The translations under genes were made by a program, and so were the position numbers. Below are positions 25,340-37,290 of a stretch of 64,000 nt of DNA, piece after piece. How positions within the stretch are numbered: the first letter of the stretch is position 1; every line of letters starts with the position of its first letter. Location of the stretch: contig NC_043013.1 in assembly GCF_006345805.1 (NCBI RefSeq), forward strand, positions 40,982,001 to 41,046,000, read 5' to 3'. A model generated the notes under the pieces. The model did not search any database. It was not told the DNA's origin and saw nothing but the letters and a program-made list of their open reading frames with translations. The stretch is from Octopus sinensis (lineage: Eukaryota).

Positions 25340-25770
25340 AATGGTTTTCCAAGATTGACTTTGCAGAACCATATTTACAAATAGTTTTAGATAATGCAAC
25401 AAAAGAGCTAACCATAAATACTCATGGGTTGTACCAATGAAACTTTACATTATGGGGTAATGCCTGCCCCAAGGATTTTTCAAATTCCTAATGGATATTA
25501 TGCTTCTGGCGCTTTCATATGCTTATGTTTACCTCAATGATATTGTATCACCAACTGAAGTTGAATATAAAGAGCATTTAAGGAATCTCTTGAATTAAAG
25601 GATATGATTTTTGTCTAAAACCAGAAAAATGTCAATTAGCACATTTAGGTTTTGTCATGAATAAAGATGGACATTTTCCAAATCCTGGAAAAAAACCCCC
25701 AAAAAAACCCCAACCAGTTATCAATAAATTACACCTGGAAAATGCCACAAATTGTGATGAACAACAAGTT
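25340..25770 (+). mobile_element. Ty3/Gypsy RT remnant
   Basis: FSKIDFAEPYLQ, TINTHGLYQ, MPAPRIFQ-like, AYVYLNDI (YLDD) and HLGFVMNKDG motifs in order, with frameshifts. Confidence 0.75.
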
Positions 25771-27949
25771 AGAAAACATACATCAGCCTGGTGCTGATAA
25801 ACCAGTGTGGTCTGTGGGTCAGAGATGGGGCCCACAGGTTAGGCTCAGCATGGAGCAATTGCGTGTCAAGCTGAAGATGTGGCCCATTGCTGTAAGGTTA
25901 GAGGAACCAGATGACCAGAATCTGGTTCTAATATTTAGGACAGGTTTCCAATTAGATTATTTTCTTCCCTCCTGCTAGATTTCAGAAGCTCAAAACAAAA
26001 CTGAAATCTCACAAGGTTTAATGTTTGATGTCCTCACTGTTCCCATTTTAAATTTTGCTAAATTTAATATTGGAAACTGAGGAAATCAAACATTTCTAAC
26101 AAAATCAAAATAAAGATAAGCAAGGACTCAAACATTCAAGAGACTTTATAGATAGCATTAGCATGAAGAAAAATGTGACATGACTAAGAATCATGCATTT
26201 TATGAGAAATAATAACATGGTTGTTAAGTTTCCATTTGAGCCAATCACCAATTCATTGCATAATTTTGAGCAAAAAAAAATTTCAATATTGGGACAAAAT
26301 ATTGAACAAGAGCATCCACTCATTAGTGTATGGTACAGAACTGAGTAAAGAAGAAAAAATGGGTACAGTCATACTATTACCATACTGAAGATGAATAGTA
26401 TGTGCTCAGTTCTTTTTTCACTGAATGGGAGCATTCTGAAATTCTTATCTGCCCATGTTTTTCCCCCACTCCATCACAGAGGGCCCATAAAGACCATGTG
26501 TACTGTCTTCCTCCAGACCATACCAATATAAAAAAAAATCCATTATAACTTAACTACAATTCTCCTTTCCAATCATAACAGGTCCTTTTTTTTTTATTTA
26601 AATAATTTTGAAGTGCTTCTCTTAAATAGAGTCAACTATCAGTGCTTATATTCTATTTAATTGGGGAGATAAGATTTCAAAAGGTATATATATTTAAGTT
26701 TAAATGATCTAAGCTGTCCTTTTACAGTTGTCAAAAGATCACTGGCTGAAATGTTTTCATTCCTTACAGTAAGGAATCTTAATGATACCTTTAAACATCT
26801 GCATTTTAAAACCAATGTCAAACATCCCTTACCACTTTCCTCAGTTTCCAGATTTTATCCTCATTTCCTTAGAGCTGTTTAATAGATTTTACAAAGTCAA
26901 TATGAAAGAATATTTATGCCACTGAAAAGAGTAAATTCAATGCCAAATGTGAAATTATAGAATTCTGACCATCACAGAGGCTATGTTAAGAAATAAATCC
27001 TTAGAAACTAAAACACAATTTGGAAACTTATTCATACCAAAAATTTTTATTAAGTGTGTGCATGTTTGTGTTAGAGTACACACCCACTACTGGTATAGTG
27101 TTCAAATTTTTATAAACATCCCCTTTACAGCATCAAAATTTTTATTTGGCTTAGAGATTTTCTCAAAGCAAATCAATTGCTACATAAATATTTTTGCAAG
27201 AATGTCAAGTTGCTCTTGTGAACTGATGACATGTAACCCAGTAGAACTTGTCAATGGTCAGGTCATCAACAACTAGACCAGCAACCCTATCATGCTTTTA
27301 TTTAGTGAGGAGTGAGATTGGACACACTGTGAGATTGGACACACTGAGATTGAAAGAAGTTGACAAAAGATAGAACTCAGAAGAGTCAACTCCCAACCAA
27401 TATTGTGTAAGAAGTGAAAAGGGGAGAAAAGGGAGCTGACTACCTTGAGCAAAAAAAGATCAACAGAATGAAAGGACATTCCAAAGGTGAAATGAAAACT
27501 CAGGGGAATAATAACCTGAATAGAGTTCTTGTGAGCCAGGTTTTTATATTCAGTGATTAAAAGTACAACTGGATTAAGCACCATGGCTCCTAAACAACAC
27601 CTAGACATGTCTGTGCATTAACATATATAAAGTGGATCTGCTTTCCGTTTTGATGAGTATTTCAGTTGCTCACTCAGCTGAGTTGCAAACATGTAACTGG
27701 CTCAGTGTTCCATACATACATATGTACTCTTATTGCAATCTTGGAAGAATCAACATGACAATGAGACAAGGTTGGTCCCTTTGAATTTCAAAGGGCTTAC
27801 TTTGATTATGAACTGGTTAGCATTGAAGTATGGTGTGCGTTTGCACATGAAGACTACAGTGAAATGAAACCAATAGCAAGATTAAAATTTCAGTTTCAAA
27901 AACGTTTTAGGCAAATATGAAATGTAAAGAAGAAAGCTTTGAAAGTTTA

Positions 27950-29500
27950 GATCCCAGGATTTTGCCATTTATTAAGCTGGTATAAACAAGGTCATTTAGT
28001 AACTACATTCAATGTAATCAACATTTGAATTTAGAAAGAGACAGAAATGAAGGGAAGATCATTTACTGCATTGGAAATATGGTTTATGAATACCATAAAT
28101 AAGAAGCCAACAAAAATACATATCAAGCAACAATAGAATGCATTATATGTTTGGAGTTACATTTAACAAGGTTTTTGGAGGCTTTTATATCAACTACCAA
28201 AGACACTGCCAGCAGAAATATTAACATTTTACCATTTCTGAAGGCATTAAAAAGATGGTTTAGTAACTGCATTTGGTGCAATTCACATTTGAATGAGCAA
28301 ACATTTTGAGAAAGAGAGAAATCAAGATAAACTGCACAGGAAATACAAAAGTACTTTGTGAATATCAAAAATTGTAAACCAACACTAGAAAATGCTATGA
28401 TGTGCCTGGTGGTTGTATTATAGATATCACAAAAGCAATGTGAAATACAACTTAGAAGGGTTTCCTAACCAAATTTATTTTGCCATTTCTGAAGCTGGTA
28501 GAGAACAAAATGGTTTAGAAGCATTCTTTGAAGTAACTACAGTTGCCTCAGAACATTATATAGAAAAAGATAATTAACTGTACAGGAATTGTTTTATAAA
28601 TATCAGTTTCATATTTTGTTACAAGGCCAGCAATTTAGAGAGAGAGCATAAGTTGATTGTATCAACCCCAGTGCTCAACTGGTACTTATTGAATTGAAGA
28701 TGACCCTAGCAGCATCTGAACTCAAAACACAAGGTCAGAAAAAATGCTACACATTTTGTTCAGTGTGATAACAATTCTACTGGCTTGCCACCTAAGTGTT
28801 TTATGAATATCAAAAATTACGTATACCAACATAGGAATGTATTATATGTCCAGTGATTTATTCTTATTTTGTTTCAGCCATTTGACTGTGGCTATGTTGG
28901 TGCACTGCTATTTGTCAAACAATTGGACCCTAGACTAAAAGACTTCTTTCAGTTTGTTTACCAAATCCATTCACAATGCTTTGGGTGGACCAAGGCTATA
29001 GAAGACATTTGCCCAAGGTGCCATGCAGTAGGACTGCCTAGATTAAACATGGTTATAGTTTAGTCCAGGCCAGAAATAACTTTTTTGCGATTTCTAAAGC
29101 TGCTAGAAGATGGCTAAGTAACGGCATTTGATGCAATTCACATTTGAATGTGCATGCACATCGAGAAAAAGGCAAATAGTGATAACTGCACAGGGAATAC
29201 AATAAGTGCTTTACTAATATAAAAAATTATAAACCAACACTGGAATGTATTACTTATCCAGTAGTCTTCATAAATAAAGCTTGTAAAAACTGTTCGATTC
29301 TAACAATTTGAATGATGTACACATTGGAAAAAAAAAAAAAACTTGGGTCAAGGAATTTAATATTTTCTGACTGAAGTAATTTCTTCATTTTTGAAGTTAA
29401 TGGTACCAGTGCTAAACCATTGTGTTTCTATCAATGTTTGAATGAGCACATGCATTTAGAACAAAATTGAAAGAAAGAATAAACCATACAGTAAATGCGT
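27950..29500 (+). repeat. Old degenerate tandem repeat interrupted by SINEs
   Basis: Recurring CATTTCTGAAG, TGCAATTCACATTTGAATG, (G/T)ATAA(A)CTGCACAGG and AATATCAAAAATT(G/A)TAAACCAACAC motifs; a dispersed copy lies at about 34680-34790. Confidence 0.6.
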
Positions 29501-30129
29501 TTCACACATATTGGTTACAAATTTTGGCACAAGGTTAGCAATTTCTAGAGATGGGAATAGTTGATAACGTTGAGCCTCAGGGCTCAACTGGTACCTATTT
29601 TATCAACCCTGAAAGAAAAAAAACTCCAAAAAGGTGACCCTGATAGAATTTGAACTCAGAATTTAAAGTTGATGGTGCTGTGCATTTTATCTGTTGCAGT
29701 AGCAATACTGCCAGCTGCCCCCTTAATGCATTCTGTGTTGATTTGCATAATTTTTGCAATTTGTAAAATATTGTTTCCAATGTATTTATACACGTGCTGT
29801 TGGCAGTTTCATTTCCCTTTCTTTCCAATGTAGAGCTATACTTGAAAAACTTTCCACCGAGTGCCAAGCTAATACAGTTCTTGTGCACATCTTCTCCGTT
29901 CATTTTATTCATTCATTTGAATTGACTATATATATATATATATATATTTGACATGAAACAAAAATGTCCATAATTCAAGCCATACGTGGCAAATCTGTCA
30001 GAGCACCAGGTCAACATATACCAAAACTAGATCCCTAGAGAGGAAAATTTCCATGAGATGACAAAGACTGCAAACTACCTGAAGGAACTTCAAATGTAGT
30101 GAAAAGTTGTGCCTGAAGAGATCACTGTT

Positions 30130-33100
30130 GGATATTGGGAAAAATCAATAGAGAGAGAAGGAAAGAGAAGAGAAAATAAGGAAACCTGGGTTACAGAAAA
30201 TAAACCATAAAGCTTTAACTTTGCCAAAGAAACAACCTCAGTACACTACAAGATAAAACCCACTCTTCCAAAAAGATGGCTCCGTCACAGGAAACCCAAT
30301 GAGGATAAGTGAAATATTGAATGAGCAGTTCCAAAGTGTGTCACTCCTCTGGGAGAGGCAAGTGAAGAAACTAGTAGAATTTTTTGCCACTTGTGACCAA
30401 AGAGGCAAAAATAAATTTCATTGACATTAAAGATAACACTTGCCATAGATAAGGTGGACACAAATTCAGCAACTGGCTCTGATGAATTCCCAGCAATCCT
30501 TCTCAAATTGTCCAAACGAGTCCTTCAAAATCATTAAAATCATTCTTATTCTAAGAATGCTCAAAAATAATTAACCCTGGAGAACAAATATTTGTCAACC
30601 TCATTTGTTTTTCATTTAAATTCAATGTTTTTCAAAGCAAAAGCATTGAAAAAACAAAGGCAAAGTATAAAAGGCGAAACCAGTGTTCCATGGTTTTGCA
30701 GAATGTGGACCACATCTAATTTAAATATCAGCCTGAAAAATTGTTATTTTGGTGGGTAGACAATTAAAACAATAATATACTGTAGCTTCTTTTTTTCAGA
30801 GCTTACTTGAAAGTGGTAAGTTCTCAGGCAAATTGAAAGAGGGAGTAATATGTCCTGCCTACAAAGTGGGAAGCAGAGAAGATTCTAAGATTTTTAAGCC
30901 TATCTCTGACATTTGTTTTTCATTTAAAACCATCAAATAGTCAAAGAAACTAATCATGTTTCTTGAAGAGAATAACGTGCTGACTGACACCCAGCAGGAT
31001 TTTTGACCAGGTAGAAGTTGCCTGACACAGCTCTTACATTATGACTGGGTGTTAAAGCAGCAGCTAAACTCAAGTATGGGTGTGAAATATGTCAACTATG
31101 CTGAGATCACAGTTTGTGAAATACCAAAGGCATTTATCAGAAAGGCTTTTGCATAGTCAAAATTTGGAGAGTGGTTACAAACTTTTTCAAAACATAGACG
31201 TCAGGTAGTGGTGGTCAATGGAGCCACCTCAAAGGAAACAAATAGTAAGTGGTGTTTGGACCACTGCTATTTATAGTGGCCCTATCAGGCCTGTCCTCAG
31301 CTGCTAAGACAGCCATCCTTGCTAGCCATGCAGATGACACAAAAGTCTCTCAGACAATTCAGAACCTTGGAACTATCGTGCATCAGCAATGGGATGTATT
31401 ATACAGGTGGGCTGAGGACAATAAAATTCAGTTCAACACAGGAAAATTCCACAAAAATTGTGCTACCAGCACAAAAAGAGGAAGGATGTATCATTACACA
31501 TATCAGTAACCAAGTCACACTAATTCTTATTCAGAGATTGCAGTTCCTATCAGGACAGTGTATCCTGTCTGAATATCATTCAAAGTGCATATTACTAATT
31601 TAGCAATAGAATGCAGATGGCTCACTGGATGGGTCCTCTGCACTTTCAGAACATGAGCAGAAACTATGATGGTCCTTCGGAGGACATGTTGTCAGCTGTC
31701 TGGACTACTGCTTCCAACTATGGTCATCACACAGTATTAAATTAGTGGTCGAACTTTTAGCAATCCAAAGCTACACAGAAAATCGTCCCAATGCTACTGA
31801 GAAAGGTTGAAAGTCTTAAGAGTCCCCCCGAGGAGAAAGTGGGGAAAGATATGCAATGACAGACTTGGAAAATCCTGAAAGGCCTTAGTTACTATGGCAA
31901 CAATCCGGATACTTATTGATCAACCCACAAAATCTGGAGTCAGTATTTTAGATCAGATATTTTTTCCAATTCTGAAACAGGCACTAGCGTAGCTAGAGTG
32001 TGTGCTGCCCAGGGTGGCCCTTCCATATGCTGCACCCCGACCCCACATAAAACAATGCCTACAGCAGACCTTTAAAAGTTCCACCCAGGGTGGATTGCCA
32101 CTACTGCCCCCCTCCCCCAGTTACACTAGTGGATCCAAGACTACCCAGACAGGTCAGTTCAAGAAACAAAACCTGCCTAGTATATTGTAGGCCTTAGAAC
32201 CCTCCATTTCCCACCTCAGTGAGACCATACCTAGATTCCCACCTTTTTTCACATACTTCTATCGACTTGTATATTCTGTTCTCTTCCTCATTTGCTTCGT
32301 CAAGGTGGTCCTTTCAGAGAATAAAGGTCTAGAAGTTATGAGAATCCAACAACCCCTTCACAATCAGGTCATGCATAAAGATACAAGGGAAGTTTCTAAA
32401 CACCAGACTTGGTGAGCTTAGCTGATCAGGTCCCTCGCAAAAATCTTGAATATTCTACAAAAGAAAAAAAACCAACTGCAGATATATTTGCTTATATGCA
32501 ATGATATAGACTCAAACATCATCGGCTTGAAGCAGTTTATGTGTTAAATCCTTTGAGATTCTGATTAAAGTTGTGTTACTGTATATTTGCTGAAGGTCTC
32601 CCTGCATGGGTGCACCTGTGAATTGTTGAATTACTGTTGCTATATTCTGTATACGCATTTCTTAATTTGTGGTTGTTTTCTTCTCAATTTATGGGTGAAG
32701 TGGAGAAGAGAGGAGGGATGAAATCAATGCCAGCAAACAATGGAAGTTATGCACAGAAAACCATCCCAATGCAATGTATCTGCTACTGAGAGAGGTTGAA
32801 AGTCTTAAGACCCTCCCTAGAAGGAAGTGGGGAAAGATATGCAGTGACATAGACTTGGAAAATCCTGGAAGGCCTTATACCAAACTGTCATTGAAATTTA
32901 ACCAAAGACTCCACCATAGATACACAAGATACCACAACAGCTTGGCCCACAACCCTTCAATGTCCTTCCAAAACTCTTGGGAAACCTGCATGGTGTTGCT
33001 GTAGGTGCCTTCAAAACAAACTGAATCTCCTGTCAAGAGTTCCAGATGAGCCTACTTCATGGCAGGAAGCAGATGAGGGCAGCAACATGAAATTCCTTCA

Positions 33101-33130
33101 TTCACCAAATGCTACATATCAGGAGGTTTT
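30130..33130 (+). mobile_element. CR1-like LINE ORF2 3' half, decayed and interrupted
   Basis: DGSVTGNPMRISEILNEQFQSV; SATGSDEFPAILLK; FLEENNVLTDTQQDF*PGRSCLTQL; VFGPLLFIVALSGL..SHADDTKV..WAEDNKIQFNTGKF; ERYAVT*TWKILEGLIPN; FNVLPK..SRVPDEP. Insertions at about 30530-30800 and 31880-32770. Confidence 0.85.
31982..32131. mobile_element. 150-bp MITE-like element with CACTAG ends
   Basis: CACTAGCGTAGC ... GTTACACTAGTG (10/12 inverted match); no clear TSD; recurs in the 37-41 kb array. Confidence 0.55.
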
Positions 33131-33360
33131 AAATAATGAAGGTGAATCACAGCCAACAGTAGTGCCTGAGTATGACCACAGCTATAAAATTGAAATGTAA
33201 CCTGGAATGGCAAGGTTCCACGTACCTCCTATGTGATACATAGGATGGCTGCAAACTCATGAGTATTGCCATTGCTTGATCAAAAGTTCCACACATGCAA
33301 AGGCAACAACCAGCCATTTTTGTGATAGATTTTTTGTTTTTGAGTTTGCAGCCATCATAT

Positions 33361-34564
33361 TACATACGAAGAGGTACCCAAAAGTAGCTTGAAACATTCT
33401 GTGGGCCAAGTGCATTATAGTTCAGACTTCTGCTGCTAGATGCCACTTGATATCCACCAGCAGACTGATGCCTGAGTGTTGCATCAAGTGAAGTTATACT
33501 GCTCTCTGCTCAGATTTTTTTGATGGCTGAAATGGCAGAACAGCAGGCTTCTGTGAAATTCAGTTTTCTGCTGGGGAAAATGGTAGCTGAAACAGTTATC
33601 ACTCAGCACAGTTTGGGGAGTGGTTTGTGTCAGGAAGGACATCAAGTTGTAAAAACCATGCCATAACAGGCTCTGCCTGGCCAGCTGTCAAACCATCCAA
33701 CCCATGTCAGCATGGAAGGACATTAGACGATCATGAAAGACGCCCAGACAACTACATACATATATTGTCTTTCTTTCATACTCCTTTTTTGCCCTCATGA
33801 ATTTTCTTTACTCTCTCTCCTCCCTTTAATATATTTCACACGTCTTCTCTTCAGGCTAACCAATCAAATTCAGACGGCAAAACTCTTGATGTCTGCTTGT
33901 TATCAAGGAAACAGATTCAATAAACTTGATAAAAGCTGGAGCTGAGTTGGACATGAGTAACAAAGATGGTGAAACAGCTTTACAGTATACTGTGGTTAGG
34001 TAAGTCCAGAATTAACTAAAATCTGCACACCTGCTTTTGCATCTAAATTTCTTGCAATTCCAGACAAATTAAATATCCAAAAGCTGTCATAGTAATTGCA
34101 GTGTCAAATAATAAAAACATGATAGTAGTAACCAAGTAACATCTTTTTCTCATTTTTCTATGAATCCACTTCATTGAATCTCAAAAAAATTGATTATTTG
34201 TTGTCAAAACAGACTTTTGTTTTGGGGATATTGAGAGCCAACAGTTCTTAAGATTGACCCAGTGTCATTTACTGTCTTCTCTTAATATTGATTATGGAGA
34301 GATTGACTTTTTTTTTTTTTAGGTCATCATTAATGACAAAAGCTGGTGCTACAGAATTTGCAGATGTAGAAGAGATGAAAATAAACAGAGGCATTAAAAG
34401 GGATCACTTGGCAAGATTTTCCAGGACTGCTTTGAACAGTGGAAAATGCACCTGGATTGATGTATTACTTTAAATGTAGAATACTTTGAAGGCAATAAAA
34501 GTATATCTAAAACTAAGAAAATATTACAAAATTCTAGTTATTTTAGGTACCCATCTTTATGTAT
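33361..34564 (+). mobile_element. Mariner element, ends retained and centre replaced
   Basis: Left end TACATACGAAGAGGTACCCAAAAGTAGC, right end CTAGTTATTTTAGGTACCCATCTTTATGTA; N-terminus MAEMAEQQASVKFSFLLGKMVAETV from 33523; C-terminus EFADVEEMK..FQDCFEQWKMHLD*CITLNVEYFEGNK from 34354. Confidence 0.75.
33855..33999 (+). pseudogene. Frameshifted ankyrin-repeat exon
   Basis: Polypyrimidine tract plus CAG acceptor, AG|GTAAGT donor; ANQSNSDGKT/LMSACYQGN/INLIKAGAELDMSNKDGETALQYTVV needs two frameshifts. Confidence 0.75.
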
Positions 34565-35589
34565 AACCCAGAAAAAGCCTTGTGAATTACAGGTAAACAG
34601 GTTTCCCTAATTGAAACAATTGCGCTATTTTTGAAGGGAGTAAAAGACGTTTTAGGAATCAATTTCTATCTAAATGCATTTAATTATTCAGACAATTGCA
34701 TCAACTGTAAAGGAAGATAATTAACTGCACAGGAAGTATAAGCAGTGTTTCACAATTATCAAAAATTATACAAACCAACATTATTGAACACCCATCTTCC
34801 ATGCTAGCATGGTTCAGATGGTTTTACCAGATTCAGCGAGTTGGAGGATTGTGGCATGGTTCAGTGTCTGCTCTGGCATGATGATTTCTATGGCAGAGTT
34901 TTCTTTCTAACATCAGCCATTTCACAGAGTGTATTAGGTGCATTGTTCATGGTACTTATGAAACCGCCATCCAACTCACAAGACTGAAAAGGAAGGTGGT
35001 CTTACGCAAGGTGTTAAGTATAAATGAACAGATTTCCTGTTGTAGAATAGAGATACACTGCTACCTAGCATTATATAAAAGGTGGGTAGAAGTAATCAGG
35101 GTGAAGCTAAGGTGTCAGAATGTGCCCTCAAGGAACAAGGTAAATAGAGTAAGAGAGGGCAGAAGTCTGATACAGGTAGGTAGAAGTTGCTTGAGTATGG
35201 GAAGAATGAAATATGGCAAGAGGGGGTGGAAGGTGAAAGCAATGAGGTGACCAAGGAAGGAGTAGAGAGAGGGATAAGAACGAAAGAGGAATGTCAAAGG
35301 GGGTAGTTCTGGGTAGTAGGAGAGACAACTGATAACACAAAAGAATGATGTATATACAAGAGAAAAAATTCAATCTTTATGTAAACAGGGCGATTCGAAT
35401 TGCCTTTAGCAACTTAAGCACAAAATTATTTTGTTATATTTTTTCTTTCATATATTTTTAATGCTTTCCTTGCTGTAGTGAGGTTTCTTTTTGCATGCAT
35501 TGTATATGTGGGAAAAAAAAATATTTAGAAAAGATGTCCAGCAAAATGTAAAATAGTCATTGTCCTAAAAAGAGTATTCACTGTTACTC

Positions 35590-35960
35590 TTTTACTTGTT
35601 TGTCATTTGACTGTGGCCATGCTGGAGCACCGCATTTAGTCGAGCAAATCAAGCCCAGGATTTTGGAAGCCTAGTACTTACTCTATCAGTCTCTTTTGCC
35701 AAACTGCTCAGTTATGGGGATGTAAACACACCAGCATCGGTTGACAAGCGATGTTGGGGGGACAAACACAGACACACACATATACATGTATAGACATATG
35801 TGGGCCGGGCTTTTTCAGTTTCTACCAAATCCTCTCGCAAGGCTTTGGTCAGCCCAAGGCAATAGCAGAAGACACTTGCCCAAGGTGCCACGTAGTGAGA
35901 CTGAACCCAGAACATGTGGTTGGTAAGCAAGCTACTTACCACACAACCACTCCTGCACCT
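35590..35960 (-). mobile_element. Family-C SINE, near full length
   Basis: Same family as 14720-15105. Confidence 0.8.
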
Positions 35961-36445
35961 ATTATTGTCAGATAAATCTTACAAACTCCAATGTAATGTT
36001 TGAAATTTAAAGCAGAAACCTGACAGGCTTGTAATTAGAGTGACCATGCAAATGGGCATAAACAAAAAGCTACATATAGAAAGAAAGCTTGAAGCAATCA
36101 GCCACCCATCATAGATGCTATGGATTTCTTTAAAAATAGAGCAAATTCATTTGACTGGCAGTTTTGCTCAATAGCTATACTGAAGTGTGGAATGAATGCA
36201 ATACCAGCAGACACTATTTCTTTCGTTTTATGAATTTATGCACCCATTAACACACTGGCTTCAATACAGTCTCCATCTACCAATTTCACATGAGATATTA
36301 GTCAATATGAAGCTATGATACAGCTTAATACAGTAAGATCATACATGAAGATTATGTGAAGTAAACTTATGTTTGCACCCAATTATGTATATATGAGGAC
36401 TGATCAATCTGGACTATTGCTATAGTAATGAAGCTAGAGTATGTA

Positions 36446-36750
36446 GAGTGAAGCTGTTAAGGCAAAGATTGACCTTGATCTCTGCTCTGCATGTGTACTA
36501 AGTTTCAATATTCTAGCTCTCTTCTGCTGTTTACAGCACTGTTTGGAAGGAATAGAAGGAACGTGTAATGTGATCGTTACATTGACCATGACAGAGTTGT
36601 CAGGGTATTACCAGCTCAGAGGCATTTGCAAAGTTGCAAAAAGCGTATGGACGCGAGTGAATGAGCTGCACAAGGTTACGACTGGTTCAGACGTTTCCAA
36701 ATATTGCACATGCAGAGTTGAAGGTCAATCTGTGCTAAGCAGCTACACTG
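36446..36750. mobile_element. Tc1/mariner-type MITE with TIRs of about 55 bp
   Basis: TA|GAGTGAAGCTGTTAAGGCAAAGATTGACCTT..CTCTGCATGTG versus CACATGCAGAG..AAGGTCAATCTGTGCTAAGCAGCTACACTG|TA. Confidence 0.7.
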
Positions 36751-36752
36751 TA

Positions 36753-37290
36753 TGCTATTTATAGCGGCCCTCTCAGGCATGCACTCAGCTACTCAGACAG
36801 CCACCCTAGGTAGCTATGCAGATGACACAAAAGTCTCTCAGACAATTCAGAACCTCGGAAATATCATGAATCTCGAATGGGATGTATTATACAGGTGGGC
36901 TGAGGACAATAACATTCAGTTCAACACAGGAAAATTCCACAAAAATTGTGCTACCAGCACAAAAAGAGGAAGGATGTATCATTACACATATCAGTAACCA
37001 AGTCACACTAATTCTTATTCAGAGATTGCAGTTCCTATCAGGACAGTGTATCCTGTCTGAATATCATTCAAAGTGCATATTACTAATTTAGCGATAGAAT
37101 GCAGATGGCTAACTGGATGGGTCTTCTGCACTTTCAGAACATGAGAAGCGGAAACTATGATGGTGCTTCGGAGGACATGTCGCCAGCAGCCTGGACTACT
37201 GCTTCCAACTATGGTCATCACACAGTATTAAATTAGTGGTCGAACTTTTAGCAATCCAAAGCTACACAGAAAATCATCTCAATGCTACTG
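36753..37290 (+). mobile_element. Duplicated CR1-like RT segment (paralog of about 31267-31800)
   Basis: LFIAALSGMHSATQTATLGSYADDTKVSQTIQN..; shares the same frame disruptions as the 31.3-kb copy. Confidence 0.9.

Noticed and set aside
33855-33999. Assigning a gene symbol such as mib2 to the ankyrin exon
   Set aside because: Ankyrin repeats alone do not identify a gene, and no MIB/HERC2, ZZ or RING exons were seen.
35000-35370. Purine-rich tract as a second Neptune RT piece (minus strand)
   Set aside because: The composition fits, but no RT motif could be read convincingly.
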